From Nitrosopumilus sp. (GTDB taxonomy: Archaea; Thermoproteota; Nitrososphaeria; Nitrososphaerales; Nitrosopumilaceae): a DNA stretch of 64,000 nt. The DNA lies in the NCBI GenBank assembly GCA_965249555.1, contig OZ252243.1, forward strand, positions 1,632,001 to 1,696,000, in the 5' to 3' direction. Positions 21,003 through 30,547 of the stretch are shown here, one piece after another. Under the pieces are notes generated by a model, which ran no database searches, had not been told where the DNA came from, and saw only the letters and a program-made list of their open reading frames with translations. The translations under genes were made by a program, and so were the position numbers. Within the stretch, counting starts at the first letter, position 1. Each line of letters opens with the position of its first letter.

Positions 21003-22439
21003 TTCATAATCAGACCACTTAGAGTCAACTAGATTTTTTGTTTCATCATCAACTTTTACTTGCTGTTGAATTTCCCTTTCATATCCCTCCTCTTTGGTTT
21101 TTTGTGTTGCATCAATACCCATCTTAGAACCTAGATTGACAAGTGGAGATGCAGGATCAAGAGTGTCAGTTGGAGTGTTATTGATAATTATTGTATCTCT
21201 TGCTGCATCTGCTCTTGTAGTAATTGCCCAAATGACATCATTCATGTCATGTACGTTGATGTCATCATCTACTACCACAAACGTCTTTGTTAGAGATAGT
21301 TGTCCCATCCCCCATAATCCCATCATCACTTTCTTTGCTTGTCCTGGGTATCTTTTTTTGATTGAAATAATTGCTAATCCTTGAAACCATCCTGCTGATG
21401 GCATACTATAATCTACTACTTCTGGCTGGAGCATTTGAATCAATGGCAAGAATGATCGTTCGATAACTTTTCCAATGTATGCATCCTCCAAGACTGGTTT
21501 TCCAACAACTGTTGTAACATAGATTGGATCTTTTCTTCTCATAATTCCTGTTAGTGTAAATGTTGGATATGGCTCAACTGGTGTGTAGTATCCTGTATGA
21601 TCTCCAAATGGTCCTTCGTCTCTAATGTCTTCTGGATCTACGTACCCTTCTAAAACAATCTCTGCATTTGCAGGAACATCCAAATCAATCGTTTTGCATT
21701 TTACTGTTTTAATTCCTTCTTTTCTTGTAATTCCTGCAAACAAGTACTTGTCTAGTCCTTCTGGTACTGGTGCAATTGATGAAAATATTGTTGCAGGTTC
21801 TCCTCCAATAATTATTGCAACTGGAATTTTTTCACCTTTCTCTTTTGAAATGTCTCCGTGATGAGCACCTCTCTTGTGCTTTTGCCAGTGCATCAACGCA
21901 TGAGTTTTGTCTATTATCTGCATTCTATATACTCCCAGATTTCTTACTCCTGTTTCTGGATGTTTTGTTGCAACTAATCCTAGGGTGATAAATCGACCAG
22001 CATCATTAGGCCATGATTTTAGAATTGGTAAATCATCAAAAGATGCATCACTTGATGTTATTTCAGTTACTGGCCCACTTGTTTCTGCTTTGGGAAATGA
22101 TGATGCCATCTTTGAGAGTTCTGGAAGTTTTTTAATTTTATTTAGAAAACCTGATGGAATATCCATCTTTGTCATATCTGCAATACGTTGGCCAATTTCA
22201 GTAAAGTCTGTCATCTCTAGTGCTATCTCTAATCTTTTCATGGATCCAAATGCATTTCCTAAAACCGGCATGTCGTATCCTTTTACATTTTCAAAAAGAA
22301 TTGCAGATCCCTTAGAGTACATTTCTCTTCTCAATATTTCTGCAATTTCCAAATCAGAGTCAACTTCAGTTTTAACTCTCTTTAATTCACCATTTTTTTC
22401 AAGCTCTGAAACAAATTCATGAGTGTCTTCTATTGGCAC
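20997..22439 (-). CDS. UbiD-family menaquinone biosynthesis decarboxylase
   Basis: NLGVYRMQ, EGPFGDHTGYY, VVVDDDINV, GSKMGIDAT. Confidence 0.92.
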   Translation of the reverse strand: MPIEDTHEFVSELEKNGELKRVKTEVDSDLEIAEILRREMYSKGSAILFENVKGYDMPVLGNAFGSMKRLEIALEMTDFTEIGQRIADMTKMDIPSGFLNKIKKLPELSKMASSFPKAETSGPVTEITSSDASFDDLPILKSWPNDAGRFITLGLVATKHPETGVRNLGVYRMQIIDKTHALMHWQKHKRGAHHGDISKEKGEKIPVAIIIGGEPATIFSSIAPVPEGLDKYLFAGITRKEGIKTVKCKTIDLDVPANAEIVLEGYVDPEDIRDEGPFGDHTGYYTPVEPYPTFTLTGIMRRKDPIYVTTVVGKPVLEDAYIGKVIERSFLPLIQMLQPEVVDYSMPSAGWFQGLAIISIKKRYPGQAKKVMMGLWGMGQLSLTKTFVVVDDDINVHDMNDVIWAITTRADAARDTIIINNTPTDTLDPASPLVNLGSKMGIDATQKTKEEGYEREIQQQVKVDDETKNLVDSKWSDYEL

Positions 22440-22553
22440 AATGATTCTGATGTTAGTTCAAGTATAAGCTTAACTGGATTTACGTAGAACTGGGTTTTTC
22501 TTTATGTTCTGTTAACAAATGTATTTTAGTTCTAACTCATAGGAAAAACAGTA

Positions 22554-22784
22554 TTGGCTGATGACAAATGTGTCGTTTGTAAGGGAAATGGAACCATAGA
22601 ATTACTTGGCTCTCAATGTCCTTTTTGTAACGGAACCGGTGAACCAAATCAATCTGCCAAATCATATCTTGATTCTCATATCTGTCAATGCATTTTTCTT
22701 GATAGAAAAAGATGCCCTCTATGTGGAAAACGATGTCATCATGATACTCCAAACAAACCTAAAATTCTGTTAAGTCCTGAATAA
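22554..22784 (+). CDS. Small Cys/His-rich protein with DnaJ-like zinc finger
   Basis: CVVCKGNG...CPFCNGTG, then HICQC...CPLC...CHH. Confidence 0.75.
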   Translation: MADDKCVVCKGNGTIELLGSQCPFCNGTGEPNQSAKSYLDSHICQCIFLDRKRCPLCGKRCHHDTPNKPKILLSPE

Positions 22785-22785
22785 T

Positions 22786-23160
22786 CTATACTGGTGGGAG
22801 TTCAGTCTTTCTGTCATGACCGCCAGAACCGAACTTGCAGTAAAAACATAATTCTGATTCCATATACTTTAGTTGTTCAACTTGAATTGCTCCTATTTTT
22901 AGAGCAATCTTTGTTAGAATTCTATATTTTAATGGCATTGCAGGAATTACTTCTTCAATGTATACTTTGTAATGATCTGGACAAAACTTGAGTGTAATTT
23001 TGGTTGGTTCTTTACCTTTTTGATTTACCTGTTTTGTAAAAGTGATTTGCTCTCTAATGTATTCATGTTTTGGACATGGGCAATCTCTTCCACCTGGATG
23101 TTTGTATGCTGGTATGTTCTTCCAGTCAAAATCAGGATACTCTTTCTCGAAATCGTCCAT
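22786..23160 (-). CDS. Hypothetical Cys/His-containing protein
   Basis: 124-aa ORF with CPCPKH, CPDH, CFYC; convergent with the previous gene. Confidence 0.7.
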   Translation of the reverse strand: MDDFEKEYPDFDWKNIPAYKHPGGRDCPCPKHEYIREQITFTKQVNQKGKEPTKITLKFCPDHYKVYIEEVIPAMPLKYRILTKIALKIGAIQVEQLKYMESELCFYCKFGSGGHDRKTELPPV

Positions 23161-23344
23161 TGTAACTATTATTTCATTTGTGCATATATCTATTATAGAT
23201 TTGTACGATTTTTATGGAAATTCTCCAAAATTGATAGTAACTCCGTGCAAATAGCCACGTTCCCAAAATGTTTCTGATCCCACAATTCATTTATTTTCTA
23301 TTTTTAATAGTAATGTTCTTCTTTGATCATTTTCTATATTATTC

Positions 23345-23536
23345 ATGGCTCCAAAAATCGCTTGCCCTAACTGTCAGCAAAACGAATGGCTTGAAAATGC
23401 TGAATTGAACTATCTCCCTAAAGTTACTAAAATAGAAGGTGGGAAATATGTATCTGATACTGATAATGGTATTCATATCAAACTATGGCGATGTAACAAT
23501 TGCATGTATGTTATGCAATTTTGGGAGCCTGACTGA
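23345..23536 (+). CDS. Small zinc-ribbon protein
   Basis: CPNC...WRCNNC. Confidence 0.75.
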   Translation: MAPKIACPNCQQNEWLENAELNYLPKVTKIEGGKYVSDTDNGIHIKLWRCNNCMYVMQFWEPD

Positions 23537-23672
23537 TTTTTTGATAATTTTCAAAATCTACAATTGATCTGATGAAAATTTTGTAAATTATTGTGCCTCT
23601 TTGAGAATTAATTAAAAGTACGATCTAACACTAATCAAAATGTAAATAAACCGTGTATATTTACAATAAGGA

Positions 23673-24500
23673 ATGGCAACAAAAAAAGCAAGTACTAAAA
23701 AAGCTCTAGAAACTAAAATTGCAAAATTAGAAGCAAAATTATCTAAACTATCAGCACAACTTGAAGTACCAAAGCCAGCAGAGGTAAAACCAGCTGAGAC
23801 AAAGCCAGCAGAGGTAAAACCAGCTGAGACAAAGCCAGCAGAGGTAAAACCAGCTGAGACAAAGCCAGCAGAGGTAAAACCAGCTGAGACAAAGCCAGCA
23901 GAGGTAAAACCAGCTGAGAAAGCGCCACCAGCTCCCGTAACATTTCAAACTGCATTAGAAAATGCATACTCAAATGCTACAATGACTTCTTTCCATGATT
24001 ACCGAGCAAAGGTTACAGGTTATGTCCCAGCGGCAAACAGATACTTTGTGAGACTACATGCTCCTGTGGGAAAAGTTCCAACATCAAACTGGAACGAGCA
24101 AAAAGCAAAGGTTACTGGTTATACACAACCATCAAACCAATACTTTGCAACAAGACAAAGATTAGCTTACAGTCCACCAGGTAAAACATTTGGAAGTTTT
24201 AGTGGTGTTACCATGAGTGTTGAAGGCGTTGAAATAAAAGCACAAACACAAGAACCCCCAAAACCAGCTGAGACAACACAAGCACCTCCTCCACAATCTA
24301 GTTCCAGTAGCAATACCGGAAATTCAAAAAAACAATCATTGGAAGAGTATGAAGCTGATTACATACAAAGAATGGCAGACCAGCAAAAAGAGAATGAAGA
24401 ACTAATGAGAGCAGCCGCAGAGCTAAATGCAAAGCGTCAAGCAGAATCTCAATCAAGTGGTTCTCAATCTAAAAAGGGTGCATTACCAAAAGGTTTCTAA
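23673..24500 (+). CDS. Low-complexity protein with KPAE repeats and an internal duplication
   Basis: (KPAEVKPAET)5; RAKVTGYVPAANRYF / KAKVTGYTQPSNQYF; followed by a T-rich tract. Confidence 0.8.
   Translation: MATKKASTKKALETKIAKLEAKLSKLSAQLEVPKPAEVKPAETKPAEVKPAETKPAEVKPAETKPAEVKPAETKPAEVKPAEKAPPAPVTFQTALENAYSNATMTSFHDYRAKVTGYVPAANRYFVRLHAPVGKVPTSNWNEQKAKVTGYTQPSNQYFATRQRLAYSPPGKTFGSFSGVTMSVEGVEIKAQTQEPPKPAETTQAPPPQSSSSSNTGNSKKQSLEEYEADYIQRMADQQKENEELMRAAAELNAKRQAESQSSGSQSKKGALPKGF
23771..23920. repeat. 30-bp coding tandem repeat x5
   Basis: aaagccagcagaggtaaaaccagctgagac, five copies (last base differs in copy 5). Confidence 0.95.
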
Positions 24501-24526
24501 TTTTTTACTCCCAACTTTTCTTATTT

Positions 24527-24991
24527 TTAATTTGAACTTAGGAAATCCTCTAGAACTTGTTTTGAATGTCCTGCAGCCTTTACCTTGGGATAAATTTTGA
24601 AAATCTTTCCTTTTTCATCTATGAGAAATGTACTTCTTGTTACTCCCATGTATTCTCTACCCATAAATTTTTTCTTACCCCAAACACCAAACATCTTTGA
24701 GACCTTCTTGTCTACATCTGCTAAAAGTGGATATTTTATTCCCATTTTGTCACAAAATTTTTTGTGAGAGTCTACATCATCAGGACTGATACCAATAATT
24801 TCAATTCCTTCTTTTAGGAATTTTTTATAGTCTTTTGAAAACTCGTCAGCCTCTGTAGTACATCCTGGTGTGAAATCTTTTGGATAAAAGTAGATGGCAT
24901 GTTTTTTGCCCTTAAAATCTATAGATTTTACTTTGTTACCTTTTGCATCATTTATCTCAAATTTTGGAACAGGATCTCCTTCAGAAATCAT
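24527..24991 (-). CDS. bcp: Peroxiredoxin Bcp/PrxQ
   Basis: YFYPKDFTPGCTTEA, SHKKF, RSTFLID. Confidence 0.93.
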   Translation of the reverse strand: MISEGDPVPKFEINDAKGNKVKSIDFKGKKHAIYFYPKDFTPGCTTEADEFSKDYKKFLKEGIEIIGISPDDVDSHKKFCDKMGIKYPLLADVDKKVSKMFGVWGKKKFMGREYMGVTRSTFLIDEKGKIFKIYPKVKAAGHSKQVLEDFLSSN

Positions 24992-25095
24992 TACATCATA
25001 CAATGAATTTCTCCATAATTAATTACTTTTTGACCTACGCTGATCATAATTTTGGTTCGAATCTTTTATATGGAAACTGGAATGGATTTTTCTTA

Positions 25096-25800
25096 ATGGT
25101 TAATACGAGAGCATTCCTTGCTGAGGCAATTGCAACTTATGGCTTGGTATTTTTTGGTCCTCTCTCAGTAATTTTAGCAATCTCTGCATTTGGAGAAGAA
25201 TTAACAACACAATCTGTATTGTTTATTGCTCTTGGACACGGAGGCGCTATTGCATTTATGGTCTATGCATTTGGGCATGTATCTGGCGCTCACATTAATC
25301 CTGCAGTTACTATCCCGATGATGATTACAAAAAAGATTGGAATTGCAGATGGTGTTGGTTATATTATTTCACAATTAATTGGTGCAGTAGCAGCAGCTGC
25401 CACACTTAAAGCAATTTTGCCAGAACTTGGAGCCCAAGTAAACTTTGCAACTCAAGGAGGTCCAAGTGAATTAATCAATAATAGCATTGGCTCTGCATTT
25501 GCAGTAGAGGCAGTTTTGACCTTCTTCTTAGTAACTGTAATCTTTATGGTAGCTGTTCACAAGAAAGCATCTCCTGGATTGCATGGATTTACAATTGGTG
25601 GAATGGTCTTTCTTATTCACCTAGTCGCAGTTCCACTAACTGGCGCATCAGTAAACCCTGCAAGAACCTTTGGCCCTGCATTAATCTCTGGATTCTGGGA
25701 ATTCCATTGGTTGTATTGGGCAGCCCCAATCTTAGGTGGAATCATTGCTGGTTTGATAATGAACTATGTTTTTGTTAAACAAGCAGAACAGGAAGCATAG
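25096..25800 (+). CDS. Aquaporin (MIP family)
   Basis: Two NPA motifs (SGAHINPAVT, NPARTFGP); likely start MVNTRAF at 25096. Confidence 0.95.
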   Translation: MVNTRAFLAEAIATYGLVFFGPLSVILAISAFGEELTTQSVLFIALGHGGAIAFMVYAFGHVSGAHINPAVTIPMMITKKIGIADGVGYIISQLIGAVAAAATLKAILPELGAQVNFATQGGPSELINNSIGSAFAVEAVLTFFLVTVIFMVAVHKKASPGLHGFTIGGMVFLIHLVAVPLTGASVNPARTFGPALISGFWEFHWLYWAAPILGGIIAGLIMNYVFVKQAEQEA

Positions 25801-25847
25801 TTTTTCAAATACCAACATTTTTAAAAATTTGATATTATTTTTGCCAT

Positions 25848-26285
25848 ATGGCCTTTATTGATGATATATCGAGCATGTTTAATGCTGAATCTGAAAAGCT
25901 TGAGAATCTGATCAACCATGCAACAACATCTGAATTATCTTTACATGAAATTGTTGATACATACTATCAAATCATGAATGTCTCCTCAATGATTACTATG
26001 CTAAAGCAGCAGCTAAATTCAGATGAACATCGCACATTACTAGATAAAATTGCAGAAATGGAGCAAGTGATATCTGAGAAATTTAATCACATTATACATC
26101 CTCAGGTTATGGAAAAACTTGCAAAATCAATTCAAGACACAATGAATAATCTTCAGTCTGGAAACTCTGAGCAAAAATCAAAAGAAGAAACTGAAAATGA
26201 TGCAAAACTCTATGAAGAATTGCGCAAAAAAATGAGTACTAGAGAATTTGTTGACCAATATGACAAAGGATTGTCTCATGATTGA
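25848..26285 (+). CDS. Hypothetical helical protein
   Basis: 145-aa ORF overlapping the start of the next gene. Confidence 0.75.
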   Translation: MAFIDDISSMFNAESEKLENLINHATTSELSLHEIVDTYYQIMNVSSMITMLKQQLNSDEHRTLLDKIAEMEQVISEKFNHIIHPQVMEKLAKSIQDTMNNLQSGNSEQKSKEETENDAKLYEELRKKMSTREFVDQYDKGLSHD

Positions 26286-27093
26286 TGCACTTGCAAAAAA
26301 TCTGGTCCATTTAAAAAAAGAATTTGCAAAAAACTATGCTGGTAAAAGTCAAATTCAGGAAGTAATTCCTACTACAACATCTGACCTGTTTCCAGTCCCA
26401 CAACAAGATTTAGAATTGTTACACCAATTTGCAACAAAGAATCCTATCTATTATCACTCTTATGAACAAACTGTTGGTGAGACTTCTTGTATTGTTTATG
26501 AAGGTGACATTAACAAATATTGGTTAAACAGTATCCAGTGTGGTTCAAGTCATGCACCTTTTTCTCCAACATGGATAATGTCTGCATATGTTGGTGTCTT
26601 GCTTGCAAAAGAACTTGGATATGCTGAAGTAATTGATATTGGTTCTGGAGATGGCAGAATTGCATTTTGTGCTAAAGTTTTAGATTTAGAATCATACAGT
26701 ATTGAAATTGATAGTATGTTAGTTGAATTACAAAAACTTTTGACCATTCTTGATTTTCATCCATACTGCTCTGATGCAGTGGCATTTGATTATTCTTCAT
26801 TGAATCTAACACAACCGATCTTTTTCATTGGTGGTCTTGCACAAATGGGTGGAACTGAATTGGCATCTGGAGTTTTTGACAAAATTGATTCAATCTCTAA
26901 TCTTACAAATGTCGGATGGGTATTTGCTGGCACTTACTCTCAAAAATATCATATAGATCCAAAAAATGAGGCCGGGTGGGGTACATTAATTGAAAAAAAT
27001 AATCTCAAATCCATTCACACTATTTCTTTGCCAACTATTTGGACATTTCATGAATCCGAAGAAACTCCTTACATCTTTGCGCAACCAATCTGA
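26278..27093 (+). CDS. Methyltransferase-like protein
   Basis: IDIGSGDGR motif I, SIEID. Confidence 0.75.
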   Translation: MIDALAKNLVHLKKEFAKNYAGKSQIQEVIPTTTSDLFPVPQQDLELLHQFATKNPIYYHSYEQTVGETSCIVYEGDINKYWLNSIQCGSSHAPFSPTWIMSAYVGVLLAKELGYAEVIDIGSGDGRIAFCAKVLDLESYSIEIDSMLVELQKLLTILDFHPYCSDAVAFDYSSLNLTQPIFFIGGLAQMGGTELASGVFDKIDSISNLTNVGWVFAGTYSQKYHIDPKNEAGWGTLIEKNNLKSIHTISLPTIWTFHESEETPYIFAQPI

Positions 27094-27134
27094 CTAATAG
27101 CAATCCAAATTAAGCGTAAATTTCAAAACTTTTC

Positions 27135-27209
27135 GGACTCGTTGCACAGCTTGGATAGTGCGAACGCTTGCGGAGCGTTAGGTCACCGGTTCAAATCCGG
27201 TCGAGCCCG
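27135..27209 (+). tRNA. tRNA-Arg(GCG)
   Basis: Cloverleaf: GGACTCG/CGAGCCC acceptor, AACGC-TTGCGGA-GCGTT anticodon arm, ACCGG-TTCAAAT-CCGGT T arm; no encoded CCA. Confidence 0.95.
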
Positions 27210-27261
27210 CTTACCATTCATTATCTTATTAATATCTTAAATATCATAATCAATAACAACA

Positions 27262-27663
27262 ATGATGAGTCCTGACGATTTCAACTCCTCTTCAATTCTA
27301 GTCAAAGATGTTATGGCTAAAGCACTAATCTCTGTAAATCCTAACACCACAGCTTTGCAAATAGCAAAAATGATGGAACAAGGAGGAATAGGTGCAATTC
27401 TTGTCAAAGAAAATGAGAATCTTGTTGGTATAATTACTGATAGAGACTTTGCAACAAAAATTGCTGCAAACAATCTTCCATTTGATACTCCAGTTGCAAA
27501 AATAATGTCTTCTCCACTGATCACAATCAATTATGATGAATCAATTGTTGCTGCCGCAGAAAGAATGAGCAGCAAAAAAATCCGAAAACTTGCAGTATCT
27601 GATAACGGTGTCATTGTTGGACTGATCACTTCAACTGATCTAGTTGACCAGCTTGCAAAATAA
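27262..27663 (+). CDS. CBS-domain pair protein
   Basis: VKDVM...VGIITDRD...IMSSPLIT...VGLITSTD. Confidence 0.93.
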   Translation: MMSPDDFNSSSILVKDVMAKALISVNPNTTALQIAKMMEQGGIGAILVKENENLVGIITDRDFATKIAANNLPFDTPVAKIMSSPLITINYDESIVAAAERMSSKKIRKLAVSDNGVIVGLITSTDLVDQLAK

Positions 27664-27997
27664 CTAAAATGTCTTTGTCTTTCTAAGAAACACTGTAACA
27701 GTTACCATGTAACATGCAGTTGAAATGATTTCTAAAATTAATGATGCCAAGTATGGTTTTATTCCAATCTCAAGAAAATAATACAGCGTTGTCCATCTTA
27801 CTACGAGATATATTATTTCTCCTACGCCAAATGATGAAACCAATGCAAGCAATTCTCTTTTGATTAAACTTGATTTCATAGTCTTGTAGCGTCCTTTATT
27901 ATCTAAATAAAACAAACATGAAAAAATCCCAAAGCAAACAACGTATCCAAAAATTATGGTAAAAGTTATGATTAATACGTGGTTTTCAATGATCTGA
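27664..27997 (-). pseudogene. 5'-truncated membrane protein
   Basis: Frame stays open upstream of the track start (ENHVLIITFTIIFGYVVCFGIFSCLFYLDN) to a stop near 27998 with no start codon. Confidence 0.5.
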
Positions 27998-28011
27998 TTT
28001 TACAGGATAGT

Positions 28012-28213
28012 TATGATTTGTTCCCAGATTTACTTTGCAAATAATCAGAAAATATCTCATCTGCAATCTCTACAACATCCATATCTTTTCTCACAGCCAA
28101 ACTATATAACTTCCTGGCATTTCCCTTGTTCAACAAAATAACAACTCTCTGTTGTAATAATCCACTCTTTGCTTTCTTGAGCAACTTGAGATGTTTTTGG
28201 ACTACGACTCAAA
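28012..28213 (-). pseudogene. Orphan 3' gene fragment, possibly the C-terminus of a thaumarchaeal ParB-like protein
   Basis: LSRSPKTS / frameshift / HLKLLKKAKSGLLQQRVVILLNKGNARKLYSLAVRKDMDVVEIADEIFSDYLQSK*; no start; family call from recall only. Confidence 0.35.
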
Positions 28214-28459
28214 TCCTAGATTCGATACTATGTTATTCCACAAGGTTATGTATCTTTTTTTGAAAATATAATTGAGCTCACAAACATCTTCCATTCTATT
28301 CGGGTCTATAACACAACCATTTTCATCTGTCAGAATATCTTTATCTTTAATTTCAACATATCCTTCTTCTATAATTGGAACAAATAAGATAATTGTTACA
28401 GTTACTACAGTTACTACAGTTACAGCTATTACAATTAAAAGATATAGGGTATCTCTCAT
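28202..28459 (-). CDS. Hypothetical membrane-anchored protein, possibly truncated
   Basis: N-terminal hydrophobic helix containing a 9-bp repeat (VTV)3. Confidence 0.45.
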   Translation of the reverse strand: MRDTLYLLIVIAVTVVTVVTVTIILFVPIIEEGYVEIKDKDILTDENGCVIDPNRMEDVCELNYIFKKRYITLWNNIVSNLGFES

Positions 28460-28624
28460 TGTAAGTTTAACTCAGACACTATATTTTCCCAAGGAGTAAA
28501 CACTTTGAATGGAATTATATCATTTGGCATGTCATCGTAATTCAAGTCAAAACATATCTCAGTCATATTATAGATATATGAAAAGTATCCATGTGAATTG
28601 TTTTTAAACATTTCCTACTTTTTT

Positions 28625-28781
28625 GCATCCCAAGGCATAGCTTTCGCTAGGGAATGCTTTCAAACAAAAGATGACGGACATGTATCCATACGAGGCTTTA
28701 ACCTCAATGCTATCTTCATCCCTTTGTTAGGATTATTCGCAGTTATTGACCGAGGCTTGTCCCTCACTAATTACAACGCGA
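28625..28781 (-). ncRNA. Putative IS110/IS1111-type bridge (seek) RNA in the downstream non-coding end
   Basis: Two stem/internal-loop modules each capped by a GAGG...CCUC hairpin, plus a third stem with UAGC-GAAA-GCUA, directly 3' of the IS110 transposase stop. Confidence 0.6.
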
Positions 28782-28790
28782 CTTGAAGTC

Positions 28791-29096
28791 CTAACTGTAA
28801 TTCTGTACAAATTCTCTCCTCTCTTTTAGCATCCAATAAATCACTCGCAGGATCTTTGATGATGCGGCAACTGCAGCCTTTGATGAACCTCTCTTTTTCT
28901 TAATGCGATTGTAAAATTTTGTAATGTCGCTGTTCTTGTCATGTATTGCATGAGTATGGACGCATTGGACAAGGGCCCATCGTAACGTCATGCTTCCTCT
29001 TTTGGTTATACGGCCATGGTGTATTGTGTCTGCAGAGTTTCTGACTGATGGCACGACTCCTGCATATGCGCATAACTTGTGAGAGTTGTTGAATCA
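28791..29096 (-). pseudogene. IS110 transposase C-terminal fragment (Transposase_20 domain)
   Basis: *FNNSHKLCAYAGVVPSVRNSA...GRITKRGSMTLRWAL...KAAVAASSKILRVIYWML; N-terminal DEDD domain absent. Confidence 0.88.
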
Positions 29097-29347
29097 TTTT
29101 GTAGATCAAATAATTGACATAATTAAAGATAAGAAAATAGGAACGCTAGAATGGATTAGAAATTACAAAACATTAGATAGAAAAAGAAAAATGCCAAAAT
29201 AGATTTGTTTAGATTATAATTCAAACACTGCTCTTAACAAGAATTCAAGCTGCTTATCAGGACCCGAGTCTTAATTTTACTCCTGAATAGCATCAAAATA
29301 TATGGATAATTCATATTTTAATAAAAACATATCTTTGCTATTCAGAT

Positions 29348-29692
29348 TTAGTCTAGTTTGGGGTTGGGAACAATAACGACCTGAGTGAATGAATCTATTA
29401 GGTATATTGGTTCTCCTCTCCTGTCTTTATATTTTGTTCTATGTGCAGATATCACTTGAGTAAAAATTTTAATTTTTATCCCCTCATCTAAATTATATTC
29501 GTTAAATTCTTGAGATATAGTATTTATTCTCATATTACGCTTTTCTATACCATCTATCAATTCTTTTCCAGTGTAAACTTTATCACTTTTTGGTCCAGTT
29601 AAAGATTCATCAGCTTCTACAATCGTGATAGTTTGTGCATCAACATTTAAGGTCGTTTTCTCATTTATTTTTTTTTACAACACGTTGGACAA
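29348..29692 (-). pseudogene. Hypothetical protein with a premature stop near the N-terminus
   Basis: TTG-TCC-AAC-GTG-TTG-TAA, then the same frame runs open (KKINEKTTLNVDAQ...FNEYNLDEGIKIK...GEPIYLIDS) into the track ORF 29348-29560. Confidence 0.5.
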
Positions 29693-29812
29693 TAGTACGT
29701 AATTTTAAAATACTATTATCTTGTAATTCGTATTAGATCTAGGGTTCTTTATCTATATTGAATTTAACATAATGACCCATACAATCTAAATTATATTGAT
29801 ATTAATAAAAGA

Positions 29813-30157
29813 TCATATTTGTATAATGTCATTTTTAATTTTATTTATAACATCATCATATAATGATGGTTTTATACTTGTTAATTTTTTTACAATTAAA
29901 GTTTTTTTTATTGTTGCTACACGATGACACATTATTTGGGATTGTTCACTCAGCATTTTTGATGCATAGTCATTATTTTTAATGGGTATGAGGAAAGGCG
30001 ACTTCGTTTGGCTCGTTGTAATTCCCACACATATAACAAAATCTGTATTATCGTGAAGTATTTTTCTAGATATAATTAATAGAAGCCTGTATTTTATTAT
30101 AGTTTGATCTGGATAATTTGGATTTGCTAAAATTATTTCTTTATGATCATAATTCAA
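29813..30157 (-). CDS. PemK/MazF-like endoribonuclease toxin
   Basis: EIILANPNYPDQTIIKYRLLLIIS...VICVGITT...SQIMCHRVATIKK fits the PemK fold (canonical RP is RL here). Confidence 0.75.
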   Translation of the reverse strand: MNYDHKEIILANPNYPDQTIIKYRLLLIISRKILHDNTDFVICVGITTSQTKSPFLIPIKNNDYASKMLSEQSQIMCHRVATIKKTLIVKKLTSIKPSLYDDVINKIKNDIIQI

Positions 30158-30166
30158 TAATATTAT

Positions 30167-30418
30167 TTAATAATCTACATTCATAAGGTTTTTGTTGATA
30201 AGATCAATATCTTTTTCAGCTTGAGATATATCTTCATTTTCTTCTAAACCAGTAGATACAGTACATGAATCATCATTAAATTGTGTGTTAGTTGTTTGGA
30301 TTACAACTGTTTTTTCAAACTCATAATCTTCTTGTGTATTTTGAAAATTCAAAACTTTAGATTCAATCTCAAAAACTTGAGGATTTTGAGTCATATTTGT
30401 ATATATGGCAATATGCAT
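30167..30418 (-). CDS. Acidic protein, candidate antitoxin
   Basis: 9 bp upstream of the PemK-like gene on the same strand; acidic C-terminus. Confidence 0.5.
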   Translation of the reverse strand: MHIAIYTNMTQNPQVFEIESKVLNFQNTQEDYEFEKTVVIQTTNTQFNDDSCTVSTGLEENEDISQAEKDIDLINKNLMNVDY

Positions 30419-30547
30419 ATAAAACTATTTGCTAATCTGGCTGTCAAATGAAAAGGACAGTTGCTGGATTAAGATGCTCCCTCAGAACACTTGATTTTTT
30501 AGTGTTTGATTAAGTGTTGTGATATATTGTACTTTGTGTTGATTTGC

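Larger units (their letters stand above)
28575..29096 (-). mobile_element. IS110-family insertion sequence remnant (right part only)
   Basis: Transposase C-terminal fragment plus ~200-bp structured downstream end; end positions approximate. Confidence 0.8.

Noticed and set aside
24943-25095. N-terminal extension of the aquaporin
   Set aside because: It overlaps bcp and the divergent promoter; the MIP fold starts at 25096.
28598-28786. 62-aa plus-strand ORF
   Set aside because: It lies antisense to the structured IS110 non-coding end and has no protein-like motif.
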